Part shown: one piece after another, positions 8,550 through 18,205 of the stretch
Numbering within the stretch: the stretch's first letter is position 1
Layout: each line of letters opens with the position of its first letter
Source of the DNA: a virus
Virus genome (UHGV): UHGV-0245185
Reading direction: 5' to 3' (one strand)
DNA length: 36,271 nucleotides
Notes under the pieces: model-generated
What the model was told of the DNA's origin: nothing
The model's database searches: none
Seen by the model: only the letters and a program-made list of their open reading frames with translations
Translations under genes and position numbers: made by a program

Positions 8550-8832
8550 GAGAAATAATTCCTTGATAAGCCCAATATGGCGGGTTGACAGAATCATCAC
8601 CAGAATTTTCTTCAGGAAAATAAACCTGGATAACAAATCCAGATGCATCAAAGGTAAAATAAACCGTAGGTAATTCACCTAACAATTCAGCACGATTATT
8701 AATTTCTTCGAGTTCTCGTTCACGTCCGGCCCAAAAACTAGGATTTAGACTACATTCATAGAAATAATAGTCATTACCGAACATATCAAAACCCTTCCAA
8801 CTCTCTACCACATACCGCTCAAAACTAATCAT
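8521..8832 (-). CDS. Hypothetical protein (103 aa)
   Basis: ORF track; ATG start. Confidence 0.5.
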   Translation of the reverse strand: MISFERYVVESWKGFDMFGNDYYFYECSLNPSFWAGRERELEEINNRAELLGELPTVYFTFDASGFVIQVYFPEENSGDDSVNPPYWAYQGIISRGTKLELKE

Positions 8833-8834
8833 AA

Positions 8835-9050
8835 TTAAGCCTTTTTATCAAGAACAGCATTCAGTTTGTTAGTAATTTTATCCAGACGCTCATTGAACTC
8901 GCTAGAAGATAGTCCTTTTTCTGGAGAAATTAAGCTAATCACGAAAAATATAGCAATAAAAGGAATAAGAAAAATAGCACCAACTGCCATAAACAAAAAG
9001 AACGTTACAGTTGTAAGAAAATCAGCTAAACCTTTACGAAATTTATACAT
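8835..9050 (-). CDS. Small membrane protein (71 aa)
   Basis: ORF track; hydrophobic stretch FLTTVTFFLFMAVGAIFLIPFIAIFFVISLI. Confidence 0.5.
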   Translation of the reverse strand: MYKFRKGLADFLTTVTFFLFMAVGAIFLIPFIAIFFVISLISPEKGLSSSEFNERLDKITNKLNAVLDKKA

Positions 9051-9059
9051 ATTTTACCC

Positions 9060-9173
9060 TTAATTGATTAACCAAGCATTGATAAGCACTAAACTATATT
9101 GTGAATAAAACTCTGGACCAAAATGAAAAATCATATCATTTATAGTGTCCATGATATAATTCAATTTAATCAT
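9060..9173 (-). CDS. Possible small ORF (37 aa) coupled to the nrdG stop
   Basis: ATG at 9173 overlaps the nrdG stop region, with SD-like GGTGTGGA; it is the C-terminal in-frame part of track ORF 9060..9284. Confidence 0.25.
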   Translation of the reverse strand: MIKLNYIMDTINDMIFHFGPEFYSQYSLVLINAWLIN

Positions 9174-9636
9174 GTTTCCACACCCCATCGGTATTTGACC
9201 AAAGTCGCTGATTATCTGATCCTCGCCATAGCTTTTTGGTCGGAAGATTTTTCTCATACTTCCCATCAATAATAACATCAACATATTTAAGCATTTCTAG
9301 TTGTTTAATATCTTCAAACTTATATCCTGTCCACAACCAAATGCTTTTATTGGGATAAAGATTTTTTACTGTTTGAACAATGCAATGAACAACATCTCGG
9401 TTATCAGGATAGAGAGGGTCTCCTCCAGTTATAGTTAATCCTTCTATATAATCATTATTCAAACATTCAATTAATTGTTCTAGTGTTTCACCGGTGAATG
9501 GAACACCATTTCTAGCATTCCATGTTGATTTATTATAACACCCTTCACATTTATGCAAACAACCTGTAACGAAAAGAACGACCCTGCATCCAGGGCCATT
9601 CACAAAATCGCAGGGATAAAATCTATCATAATTCAT
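9166..9636 (-). CDS. nrdG: Anaerobic ribonucleotide reductase activating protein NrdG (radical SAM)
   Basis: 156 aa with CLHKCEGC radical-SAM cysteine motif; ATG overlaps the nrdD stop (ATGA). Confidence 0.9.
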   Translation of the reverse strand: MNYDRFYPCDFVNGPGCRVVLFVTGCLHKCEGCYNKSTWNARNGVPFTGETLEQLIECLNNDYIEGLTITGGDPLYPDNRDVVHCIVQTVKNLYPNKSIWLWTGYKFEDIKQLEMLKYVDVIIDGKYEKNLPTKKLWRGSDNQRLWSNTDGVWKHD

Positions 9637-11450
9637 TGGTGTTTAACCCTATGCATGATTTCTTTATTTTTTCCAAGATTAAATCCGCGTTCATTCGGAT
9701 TTCCCAAATAACCGCAAGTTCTTCTTATTGTGTTCATCTTTTTAGGATCAGTTTCTCCACAAATAGAACAAACAAATCCGTTTTCAGTAGGAGTCATTTC
9801 ATGTGTACTTCCACACGTAAAACATTTATCTACTGGCATATTAACACCAAAATAATCTAAATGTTGTGCAGCATAATCCCATACAGTCTCAAGACCTTTT
9901 AAGTTATTTTTCATATCAGGAAGTTCAACATAAGAAATGTGACCACCTGTCGCAATGAAATGATATGGGGCTTCGCGAGAAATCTTTTCAAACGGAGTGA
10001 TATTTTCTTCTACTGAAACATGGAAACTGTTAGTGTACCAGCCTTTATCAGTAACATCCTTTACACTTCCATATTTCTCAGTATCAAGTTTACAGAAGCG
10101 ATAGCACAGGTTTTCAGCAGGAGTAGAATACAAGCTAAAAGCAAAACCGGTTCTTTCAGTCCACTGCTTAAGACGAGCATTCATTTTAGTTAAAATTTCC
10201 TGTCCAATATCACGACCGGCAAGAATATTCAATTCGTGAATACCAATGTATCCTAGGGACACTGAACTTCTACCGTTTTTAAATAACTCAATTATGTCGT
10301 CATCAGGTTTAAGACGAACCCCGAATGCACCTTCTTGGTAAAGAATAGGAGCAACAGTCGCTTTAACTCCTTTTAAGGAACTAATTCTACACATTAAAGC
10401 TTCAAAACACAAATCCATTCGTTCATTGAACAATTCGGCAAATTTCTGTTCATTGAACTGTGTTCCAATATAAGAATCTAACGCAATGCGAGGAAGATTC
10501 AGTGTTACAACGCCAAGATTATTACGTCCATCAAGAATTTCATTACCAGTCGAATCTTTCCATACGCTCAAGAAACTACGGCAACCCATTGGAGAAACAG
10601 GAATAGATGAACCGGTGATAGCTTTATTGTTCTTAGCTGAAATAATATCAGGATACATTCTTTTGCTTGCACACTCTAGAGCAAGCTGCTTAATATCATA
10701 GTTTGGATCGTCTTTATAAAGATTAACACCTTCTTCAACGAACATAACAAGCTTAGGGAAAATAGGAGTTATCCCATCACGACCAAGACCTTTAATACGA
10801 TTTTTCAGAATTGCTTTCTGAATCATTCGTTCAGTCCAGTCAGTTCCCGTACCAAATGTAATTGTTACAAAAGGCGTTTGTCCGTTTGAACTAAAGAGAG
10901 TATTTACTTCATATTCATAAGCTTGGAATGCATCGTATACGTCTTTTTCTGTTTTAGATTGGGCGTAATTCAACGCGTCAGCGATTTGCCATTTTTCTGC
11001 ATCCTCAATATGTTTTGCATAGGTGCGTTTAACATATGGAGAAAGTACTTTATCTACATTCGCAAAAGTCGTTCCGCCATATTGATGAGAAGCAACCTGT
11101 GCAGTAATTTGTGCCATAATTGCAGTAGCAACGCCGATTGATTTAGGAGTTTCAATCTGCGCATTACCGAGCTTAAATCCGTTTTCAAGCATTCCTTTTA
11201 AATCTACTAAACAGCAATTAGTAAATGGAAGAGCAGGGGAATAATCAATATCGTGGAAATGGATAATTCCGCTTTCATGCGCTTTCATAATAAAAGACGG
11301 GACCATATTTTTGGCAATGTGTTTAGACACAATACCAGCCATAAGGTCCCGTTGAGTTGGAAAAACACGAGAATCTTTATTAGCATTCTCGTTCAAAAGG
11401 TCTTTATTAGTTTTATGAATCAATCCTTCAATTTCTTTTTCAATCGTCAT
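9633..11450 (-). CDS. nrdD: Anaerobic ribonucleoside-triphosphate reductase NrdD (class III), uninterrupted
   Basis: 605 aa with C-terminal glycyl-radical motif RTCGYLG and a Cys cluster; the ORF is continuous with no intron. Confidence 0.95.
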   Translation of the reverse strand: MTIEKEIEGLIHKTNKDLLNENANKDSRVFPTQRDLMAGIVSKHIAKNMVPSFIMKAHESGIIHFHDIDYSPALPFTNCCLVDLKGMLENGFKLGNAQIETPKSIGVATAIMAQITAQVASHQYGGTTFANVDKVLSPYVKRTYAKHIEDAEKWQIADALNYAQSKTEKDVYDAFQAYEYEVNTLFSSNGQTPFVTITFGTGTDWTERMIQKAILKNRIKGLGRDGITPIFPKLVMFVEEGVNLYKDDPNYDIKQLALECASKRMYPDIISAKNNKAITGSSIPVSPMGCRSFLSVWKDSTGNEILDGRNNLGVVTLNLPRIALDSYIGTQFNEQKFAELFNERMDLCFEALMCRISSLKGVKATVAPILYQEGAFGVRLKPDDDIIELFKNGRSSVSLGYIGIHELNILAGRDIGQEILTKMNARLKQWTERTGFAFSLYSTPAENLCYRFCKLDTEKYGSVKDVTDKGWYTNSFHVSVEENITPFEKISREAPYHFIATGGHISYVELPDMKNNLKGLETVWDYAAQHLDYFGVNMPVDKCFTCGSTHEMTPTENGFVCSICGETDPKKMNTIRRTCGYLGNPNERGFNLGKNKEIMHRVKHQ

Positions 11451-11920
11451 TTTAAACTCTTTCTAAGCTGCTTCTTAAATGAAGCTATTAATTGTGTTTT
11501 AGTGTCAGATTCATTATATTCAAATCCTCTTTGAAGCATCTCAGCCATCATTTCCTCTTTTCCTAAACGAGAAAATTCCTTTGATTTATCTCCAACGAAG
11601 TTAGGGTGAATATTATTTTGGGTGTAATCGGATTTTAAATAAGTAAGTAAATTTTCTAACCATTCAAGATAATCAACGCCTTGTCCCTTTAAGCCAGAAC
11701 GATTAAATTTGTGTTTCATTTGACCTTCCGCTGCATTGCAAAGATTACAGAGCAATCCACGTACCTTTCCTGCTTTTGGTCCATTTAATTCATGGTCATG
11801 GTCGAGGTGATTAGCTTGAACATCAGGATTTAGTTCTCGTTGGCAAATTAAGCATTTACCGTTTTGTGCATTATAAAATTTTTGTTTTTCTTCTTTGTAT
11901 AATTTGCCAGTCAATAACAT
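11447..11920 (-). CDS. 49: Endonuclease VII (Holliday junction resolvase) gp49
   Basis: 157 aa with HLDHDHE and CNLCN motifs; matches T4 gp49 as recalled. Confidence 0.9.
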   Translation of the reverse strand: MLLTGKLYKEEKQKFYNAQNGKCLICQRELNPDVQANHLDHDHELNGPKAGKVRGLLCNLCNAAEGQMKHKFNRSGLKGQGVDYLEWLENLLTYLKSDYTQNNIHPNFVGDKSKEFSRLGKEEMMAEMLQRGFEYNESDTKTQLIASFKKQLRKSLK

Positions 11921-11926
11921 AATTAA

Positions 11927-11951
11927 ACCCTTACCTTAAATAGATAAGGGT
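11927..11951 (-). promoter_or_regulatory. Hairpin sequestering the gene 49 ribosome-binding site
   Basis: 7-bp stem (plus 11927-11933 acccTta with 11945-11951 taagggt); the 3' arm in the RNA (UAAGGGU) sits 7-13 nt upstream of the gene 49 ATG. Confidence 0.4.
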
Positions 11952-11962
11952 ATTTATTATTT

Positions 11963-12139
11963 TCAAGTATTGTAAAACATTCGATGCAATCGTTTATATT
12001 GCCGAATCATCTTTTTAGTAGGACGAGAATAAGTTCCTACACAAGTGGTCATATTAGGGTCTGTAGAATTTCCTTTAATAAAAAGTTTCCAAACCTTACC
12101 GCCATTTAACTTTTCAGTATAAATCAATTCAGTTTTCAT
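11963..12139 (-). CDS. Possible small ORF (58 aa) between pin and 49, not in the ORF track
   Basis: ATG at 12139 overlaps the pin stop; translation MKTELIYTEKLNGGKVWKLFIKGNSTDPNMTTCVGTYSRPTKKMIRQYKRLHRMFYNT; TGA at 11963. Confidence 0.3.
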   Translation of the reverse strand: MKTELIYTEKLNGGKVWKLFIKGNSTDPNMTTCVGTYSRPTKKMIRQYKRLHRMFYNT

Positions 12140-12585
12140 TAAAACGCTCGGTCAGAAAAAGAAATTTGAGTTTCAAGCCATTCAATATATTCTGCTGCAG
12201 CTTGCATCAAATTTCCTTCATAACCATCATTATTTTCTTGTGCAGCTAATTTAGCTAATGCATATGAAATACGTTCACCTTGAAAAGCGGCTTCAGGCTT
12301 CTGAATAACTTGATCAATTCGTTCTACAACTTCTTCAATTTCGCCATTTTCCGCTGATTCAGTATTCCACAAGCACCAATACGTAATTGGCTTATCATAG
12401 ATGTTAATAATCTTTCCATCAGAAAGTTCAATTTCAATAATTCCAGTATCAGGTTCTATATCATCTTCGCATTCTTTTACAAGTTCACGAACTTTAAAGA
12501 CAGTACCTGCACTAAGTTCCGGCCAGTAATTACACAGCCCTTTATCAGCACGATTAATTCTAAACCATTTATCTACTGCAATCAT
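12139..12585 (-). CDS. pin: Hypothetical protein in the T4 pin position (putative Lon protease inhibitor, synteny only)
   Basis: The track ORF starts at TTG 12603; the ATG at 12585 (MIAVDKWF...) is preferred. Assigned from gene order 49 > pin > 49.1. Confidence 0.45.
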   Translation of the reverse strand: MIAVDKWFRINRADKGLCNYWPELSAGTVFKVRELVKECEDDIEPDTGIIEIELSDGKIINIYDKPITYWCLWNTESAENGEIEEVVERIDQVIQKPEAAFQGERISYALAKLAAQENNDGYEGNLMQAAAEYIEWLETQISFSDRAF

Positions 12586-12625
12586 GTCCCATCTCCATAT
12601 CAATTAAGTCGTTTATCGTCGGTTC

Positions 12626-12655
12626 ATTATATACTGTTTCTTCATCAGTGTAAAC
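12626..12655 (-). promoter_or_regulatory. T4-type early promoter upstream of the pin-position gene
   Basis: Minus strand GTTTAC-ACTGATGAAGAAACAGTA-TATAAT (18-nt spacer). Confidence 0.5.
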
Positions 12656-12708
12656 CGGTTCTTCCGGCTCTGGCTCTACAGTTTCCCATCTAGCCGCCCA
12701 CCAAGGTT

Positions 12709-13029
12709 TTATAGCGTAATCCATTCTCGTACTGTTTGAGTTACTACACGTTCACGGGGCTCGACTAGTTCAACAGTCGGAACTGCATAATACCAGTCAG
12801 AATGATAAGAACCTGAGCGAGATTCATTTACGGAAACATGTACATTGTGTTTTGGACTAAAATAAACACACTGACGATATTGGCATTTACCATCTTGCAC
12901 CCAGTCTTCTATTTCGATAGGTTTAAGATAATCCGAAAAATCGAAATCATAATTTTCTGAAAATGCATCATGGTCTTCGATGATTTCACTCAGAACTGCA
13001 TCAACATCTAATTTATTTTCAATATTCAT
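12709..13029 (-). CDS. Hypothetical protein (106 aa; 49.1 position)
   Basis: ORF track; ATG start. Confidence 0.5.
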   Translation of the reverse strand: MNIENKLDVDAVLSEIIEDHDAFSENYDFDFSDYLKPIEIEDWVQDGKCQYRQCVYFSPKHNVHVSVNESRSGSYHSDWYYAVPTVELVEPRERVVTQTVREWITL

Positions 13030-13039
13030 TTTTCACCAA

Positions 13040-13249
13040 TTAATTTCGCAATTTATTAAGTTCTTCATAATCAATCCAGGATTCTAGTCCTGATGGCAAA
13101 TCAGATTCAATTTCCCAAAGAAGTTCTTCAATTTTCTGAAGACGATCTAATTCTTCAGCAGGAATAGTAACCATTGACGGAGTTCTTGATACGCTAATAT
13201 CGTAAATCATATTTACCCCAGTTTGACCATACAATCGCCATATTTCCAT
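13040..13249 (-). CDS. Hypothetical protein (69 aa)
   Basis: ORF track; ATG start. Confidence 0.45.
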   Translation of the reverse strand: MEIWRLYGQTGVNMIYDISVSRTPSMVTIPAEELDRLQKIEELLWEIESDLPSGLESWIDYEELNKLRN

Positions 13250-13428
13250 TTAGAAATAGACTTTTCACCATTAGAATAATAAACTTCAAGTTTAGCACGA
13301 TTATTTTTAATTTGAATAACCTTGGCTGTCATCAAAGTTCCATACCCATAGTAAACTGCGACTTCATCACCTACATATACCGCGCTTCCGCGGTAATCAT
13401 GGATATAATCAGTTCCTTCGAGCATCAT
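13213..13428 (-). CDS. Hypothetical protein (71 aa)
   Basis: ORF track; ATG start. Confidence 0.5.
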   Translation of the reverse strand: MMLEGTDYIHDYRGSAVYVGDEVAVYYGYGTLMTAKVIQIKNNRAKLEVYYSNGEKSISKWKYGDCMVKLG

Positions 13429-13688
13429 TTAAAGTATTCCCGCAATTGGTCAAATCCACCAATATGACTTCCATCAGGAGCAAATACTTGCGGCATTGTC
13501 AAACCAATTTGAGTATCACGACCTAGTTTCGTCAGAAGCTCAGCGATTTTCTCATCATCAAAAACACCTTTTTCCGGCATAATATTGATAAATTCAAACG
13601 GTTGTTTCTTAACAGTCAAAAGACGTTTTGCATTATCACAATACACGCATTTATGGATACTGCTATCATAACCATATACTTTAAACAT
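13425..13688 (-). CDS. nrdC: Thioredoxin/glutaredoxin NrdC
   Basis: 87 aa with CVYC redox motif; start overlaps the stop of the upstream ORF. Confidence 0.85.
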   Translation of the reverse strand: MFKVYGYDSSIHKCVYCDNAKRLLTVKKQPFEFINIMPEKGVFDDEKIAELLTKLGRDTQIGLTMPQVFAPDGSHIGGFDQLREYFK

Positions 13689-13689
13689 A

Positions 13690-13932
13690 TTATTCCTTAA
13701 TTCCTAGTACTTGTTTAAAAGTCTCGTCGTAATCAAGACTTTGGCCAGTTTGTTCTTTATGTTTGTATATAATATCACTTACTTCTGATAGCATATTTTT
13801 ATATGAACGGGTTAAAGCAGATTTAAGCACGCTGTATCTATCAGGAAATTTACCGTGTTCATTATAATACGCTATTGCTAATTCACGGACTGCCTTTTCA
13901 GCAGTCTCCATATATTCTTTACGCTTTGTCAT
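13690..13932 (-). CDS. Hypothetical protein (nrdC.1 position)
   Basis: The track start at 13947 is TTG; the ATG at 13932 has an SD-like GAGAAGAAA. Confidence 0.5.
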
Positions 13933-14023
13933 TTTCTTCTCGGTCAAATCGGTGTTTACAATGACGACATTTATAACGAAGATTACTAGTCTGCCAATGA
14001 ACTAATTGTACCTGTTCAGTACC

Positions 14024-14236
14024 TCATTCAGGACAATTAGGAACGTTTTTAGAAGCCCTTTCGCGGCGTTCAACCATAGCCATAATGGCATCCCAAGCTG
14101 GAGGTTTAAAATCTAAATCGTCACAACCATGAATCTTTCCACGCATTTCCAGATCGTCTTCTTCACCAGCCATAATAATTTTAATTAGACTGGAATTACT
14201 TGAAGCTGCAATATCTTCTAATAGACGCTTTTTCAT
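14024..14236 (-). CDS. Hypothetical protein (70 aa)
   Basis: ORF track; ATG overlaps the stop of the next gene (ATGA). Confidence 0.45.
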   Translation of the reverse strand: MKKRLLEDIAASSNSSLIKIIMAGEEDDLEMRGKIHGCDDLDFKPPAWDAIMAMVERRERASKNVPNCPE

Positions 14237-15159
14237 TTCAGCACCTCAATAGCATCACGTAAACCATCTGCTTTGGCGGTTAAAGCCTTAAGAACTTTAG
14301 TATGCTCTTCAATCTGTTTTTCAACTTCAATCAAACGAGCACTGAGATATTCACGTTCTTCTTTCATAGTATCATTCCCATGATTGTGCTTTGGTGTAGG
14401 TTTAAATTCGCTGGGGTCCTTTAACTTAATAACAAATTTAGTTTCAAACAGTGAAAGACCATAATTCGTATTATCATCAAAGGATTTAACTACATCCATA
14501 TTAGATAATAACTCACGCAAATTATAAGCCAAAGAACTAATAGTTTCATTGTGTTTATTAGCTTCGTGCGGTTTCATATACGGAAGATTTTTATATATCT
14601 CGTGCGGAGCACAAATGATAATTGATAATTCAAATTGTCCATTCTGGGATGATGGAGTGAATTTAGCAGTAACCCAGTCTTTTACATTCACATTAATAGT
14701 ACGATTATCACCATGACAAAACAGTCTACGAGAATGCTTAAAAAGCATATTAACGTTCTCATTAAATTCACCTGAAAACTCACTAGCGAATTTTTCTTTA
14801 CTATTTTTAGAAAACCATTCTTCTAAATAAGTTCTTTTCACGTCATTAATAATATTAAATGTAACAACATTAGCATTTGATACATTAGTCTCAATGTAGC
14901 TTGGATACATAAATTTTTTAACATTATTAACAGCTATTACAGAAGATAGTAATCGGGAACGTTTGAACCACTCTAGCAAAGAACCAAGAGAATGTGAATA
15001 TGCATTTTGTGTATCTTTACAAATATGGTTTTCCCATCCAATATAGTCTAAAAAATCACGAAGAATATTATTGATTACTGCTCTGTGTCCGATCTGATAA
15101 TTACGGTGTTTAGTAATAAGGCTGTCAAAATAATCAATATAATGTTTACGAGTTTTCAT
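14233..15159 (-). CDS. Paralog family member 1 of 4 (308 aa) with C-terminal coiled coil
   Basis: ORF track. Shares motifs with the next three ORFs (HSRRLFCHGD, LAYNLRELLSNMDVV) and ends in a heptad-like tail. Confidence 0.6.
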   Translation of the reverse strand: MKTRKHYIDYFDSLITKHRNYQIGHRAVINNILRDFLDYIGWENHICKDTQNAYSHSLGSLLEWFKRSRLLSSVIAVNNVKKFMYPSYIETNVSNANVVTFNIINDVKRTYLEEWFSKNSKEKFASEFSGEFNENVNMLFKHSRRLFCHGDNRTINVNVKDWVTAKFTPSSQNGQFELSIIICAPHEIYKNLPYMKPHEANKHNETISSLAYNLRELLSNMDVVKSFDDNTNYGLSLFETKFVIKLKDPSEFKPTPKHNHGNDTMKEEREYLSARLIEVEKQIEEHTKVLKALTAKADGLRDAIEVLK

Positions 15160-15211
15160 GTTCTTCTCACTTGGTTAATGATTTATACTCCGAGCCATCC
15201 TTGGCTTTAAA

Positions 15212-16213
15212 TTACTTAATTAACTGTAAAGCTTGTTCAAGACGATCCAGGCGATTAACAGATTCTTCCCAAATCCTTTTAGCCTGCTCATAATCTTTCT
15301 GCGCTTTATTAGAAATTTCTAGAACTTCTTTATAAGCTTTTTCTAGTGCAATAACTTCTGGACGAATTTCTACCGGTTCAGGTGAATCGTCAAGACATTC
15401 CATTAGTTCCTCAAGGGTAGTTTCTTCTTTAGGAGTATTCACAATTTCATCACATTTTTGTTGGTAAATTTCTTTATCAGTCGGTGAGTACGCACACTTT
15501 ACTTCACGGAGACTAACTACAATTTTATATCCTTCCCAACCGCATATATTCTTAAAAGGATAAGTATGAATATTTTCTACTGTTTCCATACAAAGTAATG
15601 CGGTCTCTAACTGACGAGTTATATCGCTAGCAATTGAGAAAAATTTATTAATGTTCTTTTGATTAGCTTCTGGTGTAAAAAATTCATAATTCACAAAAAT
15701 AGCTGCTTTATTTTTATCAAGCTCATATTCTTTTATGATAATCATATCAGAAGCCCAAGGATGGATTTGACGATAATCACCATAGCATAATTTAGAAGCT
15801 GATTTTAGAAGTTGCTTCTTGAAAAGTCTGAAATTACTAATCCAACGACGAGTAAAAATATTCTCAGGGTCTTCTTTATTATTAAGATGATAAGAATTAA
15901 CATCACCGAACCAATTATATCCTACTACATCTTTAGTTCGTTTAATTTCTTTCCCAAATTTACTAAGAATATCTCTGTTGACTAAGTATGAAAGAAGACG
16001 AGAACCTTTAAAGGTTTCCTTAATATCATCTTTATATTCGCAACTAGAAATTTTATGAACTTCATGAATAAATTTGTCGGAAGAAACAATACTTGCATCA
16101 GTATTGTTGAGCCACTGATTGATAATAGAAAGAACACTATTCTGACTAGACATAGATTTAACTTTATCATCAATAACGCTATTGAATGATTTGATATATT
16201 CGTTACGAGTCAT
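15212..16213 (-). CDS. Paralog family member 2 of 4 (333 aa) with C-terminal coiled coil
   Basis: Track 15212..16243; the ATG at 16213 (MTRNEYIKSF) has a strong SD (GAGGAG) and aligns with the member-1 N-terminus (MKTRKHYIDYF). The track start would sit inside the promoter -10. Confidence 0.6.
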   Translation of the reverse strand: MTRNEYIKSFNSVIDDKVKSMSSQNSVLSIINQWLNNTDASIVSSDKFIHEVHKISSCEYKDDIKETFKGSRLLSYLVNRDILSKFGKEIKRTKDVVGYNWFGDVNSYHLNNKEDPENIFTRRWISNFRLFKKQLLKSASKLCYGDYRQIHPWASDMIIIKEYELDKNKAAIFVNYEFFTPEANQKNINKFFSIASDITRQLETALLCMETVENIHTYPFKNICGWEGYKIVVSLREVKCAYSPTDKEIYQQKCDEIVNTPKEETTLEELMECLDDSPEPVEIRPEVIALEKAYKEVLEISNKAQKDYEQAKRIWEESVNRLDRLEQALQLIK

Positions 16214-16241
16214 ATTAATCTCCTCAGTAGAAAGTAAGAAC

Positions 16242-16271
16242 ATTATACCACATCCTTGTGGCGAAGTAAAC
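16242..16271 (-). promoter_or_regulatory. T4-type early promoter upstream of paralog 2
   Basis: Minus strand GTTTAC-TTCGCCACAAGGATGTGG-TATAAT; the spacer holds a small palindrome CCACA-AGGA-TGTGG. Confidence 0.5.
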
Positions 16272-17299
16272 TAGTTTAGTGCATTTAGTGCATTGTTCAG
16301 TTTAGAACGTTGCTTCGTGAGATTTTTGACTTTTTCTTGAGCTTTTTCTAGCATCTTTTCAGCTTCTAACACTTCATTAGTTGCTTTAACGAGTTCATCA
16401 TCTACTGCCTTGATAGACTTTTCAATCGCATTCGCGTGCCATTTTTCAACAGGTTTAAGACTCGGATTTTCAATAGGAAGAAAATTCACTTTATTGAATT
16501 TCCATGCATCTTTATTACCTGAACTATACATCCAAAATTTAGGATCGTTTGATGAGTAATTAGATAAATTTAAGTTATAGTTATCTTGCACTTCTTGCTT
16601 TTTCTCTTGCGTAACTTCGTCCTTTCTCAAAAAATCATATTTAAATGAAACGATCATATCAAGTTCATACGTTGTTGTATGTTCCCAATTTCGTTCAAAA
16701 CGAGGTAAAATCTTAGACTGAACGGCGGCAACAACATCCATATACTTAAATGCTTCTGTCAACTGCGATTTAAGGCATTCGCAAATTGAAAGAGAATTTT
16801 TTGTATTAGGTTTAAAGCTAATTCGCGCAGTTCTGTTATTTTCTTTTAATGGTCTTACTTCCATCTGAAGAGTATAACCATCAAATTTCAGATTCTTTAA
16901 GTTAATATCAGAACCTTTTAATCGACTCGCAATTGATAAAATTTGTTTTAATTGTTTACGGAATAGAGCAATAAATCTCCATTCAATACGATAATGATTT
17001 GGATTGAAAAATCCAGATGATAAATCGACCTTACTTTGACCAACGCCTTGAACAAATAGAGGATTTTTATAATCAATAGTTTTACAGAAATCGGTGAGCT
17101 GCTCACGAGCAGTCATTTGTGTAATATATCCTGCTTGGTTAAAATTGCGCACCCATTCACTGCTGTTCAGATGTTTAAAGGCATGAATGGAACAATTAAC
17201 TTTACCAAGGTCTAAATTATTTTCACACAAAAACGTCATAGCATCACGAGTATAGCTGGCATTACGAACCATATCTTCAATTTGAGAACGAGTTTTCAT
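16271..17299 (-). CDS. Paralog family member 3 of 4 (342 aa) with C-terminal coiled coil
   Basis: ORF track; shared motifs ASRLKGSD and CLKSQLTEAFKYMDVV; ATG start. Confidence 0.6.
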   Translation of the reverse strand: MKTRSQIEDMVRNASYTRDAMTFLCENNLDLGKVNCSIHAFKHLNSSEWVRNFNQAGYITQMTAREQLTDFCKTIDYKNPLFVQGVGQSKVDLSSGFFNPNHYRIEWRFIALFRKQLKQILSIASRLKGSDINLKNLKFDGYTLQMEVRPLKENNRTARISFKPNTKNSLSICECLKSQLTEAFKYMDVVAAVQSKILPRFERNWEHTTTYELDMIVSFKYDFLRKDEVTQEKKQEVQDNYNLNLSNYSSNDPKFWMYSSGNKDAWKFNKVNFLPIENPSLKPVEKWHANAIEKSIKAVDDELVKATNEVLEAEKMLEKAQEKVKNLTKQRSKLNNALNALN

Positions 17300-17307
17300 G
17301 GTGTTCC

Positions 17308-18198
17308 TTAAGATTTAAGTAAATCGACAATTTTAATTAACTTTTCACGCTCAGATTTAGCTTTACTACTCAGTCCAGATAGTCTGAAAATTTCATCATC
17401 ATATTGTTGAATAGAAATATTCAGCTCTTCAATTTGCTTATTAAAATAATCAATTTGTTCAGAATGTTTTTCGTTACTACGAACTGGTACAGGTTTCGTA
17501 GGCAATGTAGTTGAACTGGATTCATCCGGGCGGTAAATTAAAATACAACTTGAACCAATAGGGCATTTTGCACCAGATGAATATTCTAATGTTCCAGATT
17601 CTTTTAAAACTTCAAAAGCTAAACAGAGATGATGCCCCATATTAATATAATCTGTAGAGCGAGCTCTGATGTAATAATCATCGCCACGAATACTAAATTT
17701 AAAGCATTTAAGGTCTTCTGTATTATTGGTCTTAAAAATCATTTGTTTATCTAGACCTTTAGCTAATCGAGCGCCCAATGCTAATAATCGTCGTTGATTT
17801 TCCCACAAATCCGCAATCATTTGATCGAATGATAATTTCGGCATTAGTCGACCGTAAAGGTCATATCCTTTATTATAATTACGAAGGATTTCATTCGCGT
17901 TAATACGAGACAATGCTCCAATTTTATTAAGAGCTTTCATAATGCGATTAGATAAACTCATTCCAGATCCGTTTGTTCGCTGCAAATGTTTTTCTAATCC
18001 AAATCCAATATCAACTTTAAACTTATCTAAAATTTCTGCATGAACATCTCTGTCAATAACATTCAAATCCAAAGTTGAGTTAAATCTATGAAAAAATTTA
18101 TCTGGCTCTGCACTGCGAAATACAGTCCATTCATTCATCATTTTTTTATTAACTAAAGATTTAATTACTGCATTGACATTATTAATTACTACTGACAT
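17308..18198 (-). CDS. Paralog family member 4 of 4 (296 aa) with C-terminal coiled coil
   Basis: The track start at 18219 is TTG; the ATG at 18198 has SD GAGGAAA. Shared motif GARLAKGLD. Confidence 0.55.
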   Translation of the reverse strand: MSVVINNVNAVIKSLVNKKMMNEWTVFRSAEPDKFFHRFNSTLDLNVIDRDVHAEILDKFKVDIGFGLEKHLQRTNGSGMSLSNRIMKALNKIGALSRINANEILRNYNKGYDLYGRLMPKLSFDQMIADLWENQRRLLALGARLAKGLDKQMIFKTNNTEDLKCFKFSIRGDDYYIRARSTDYINMGHHLCLAFEVLKESGTLEYSSGAKCPIGSSCILIYRPDESSSTTLPTKPVPVRSNEKHSEQIDYFNKQIEELNISIQQYDDEIFRLSGLSSKAKSEREKLIKIVDLLKS

Positions 18199-18205
18199 AT
18201 TTTCC

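Noticed and set aside
9060-9284. N-terminal two-thirds of track ORF 9060..9284
   Set aside because: Overlaps nrdG in another frame; only the 37-aa C-terminal part after the nrdG stop region is kept as a low-confidence small ORF.
9633-11450. Group I intron and intron-encoded endonuclease in nrdD
   Set aside because: Looked for because T4 nrdD is intron-interrupted as I recall; the ORF here is continuous at 605 aa with no extra sequence.
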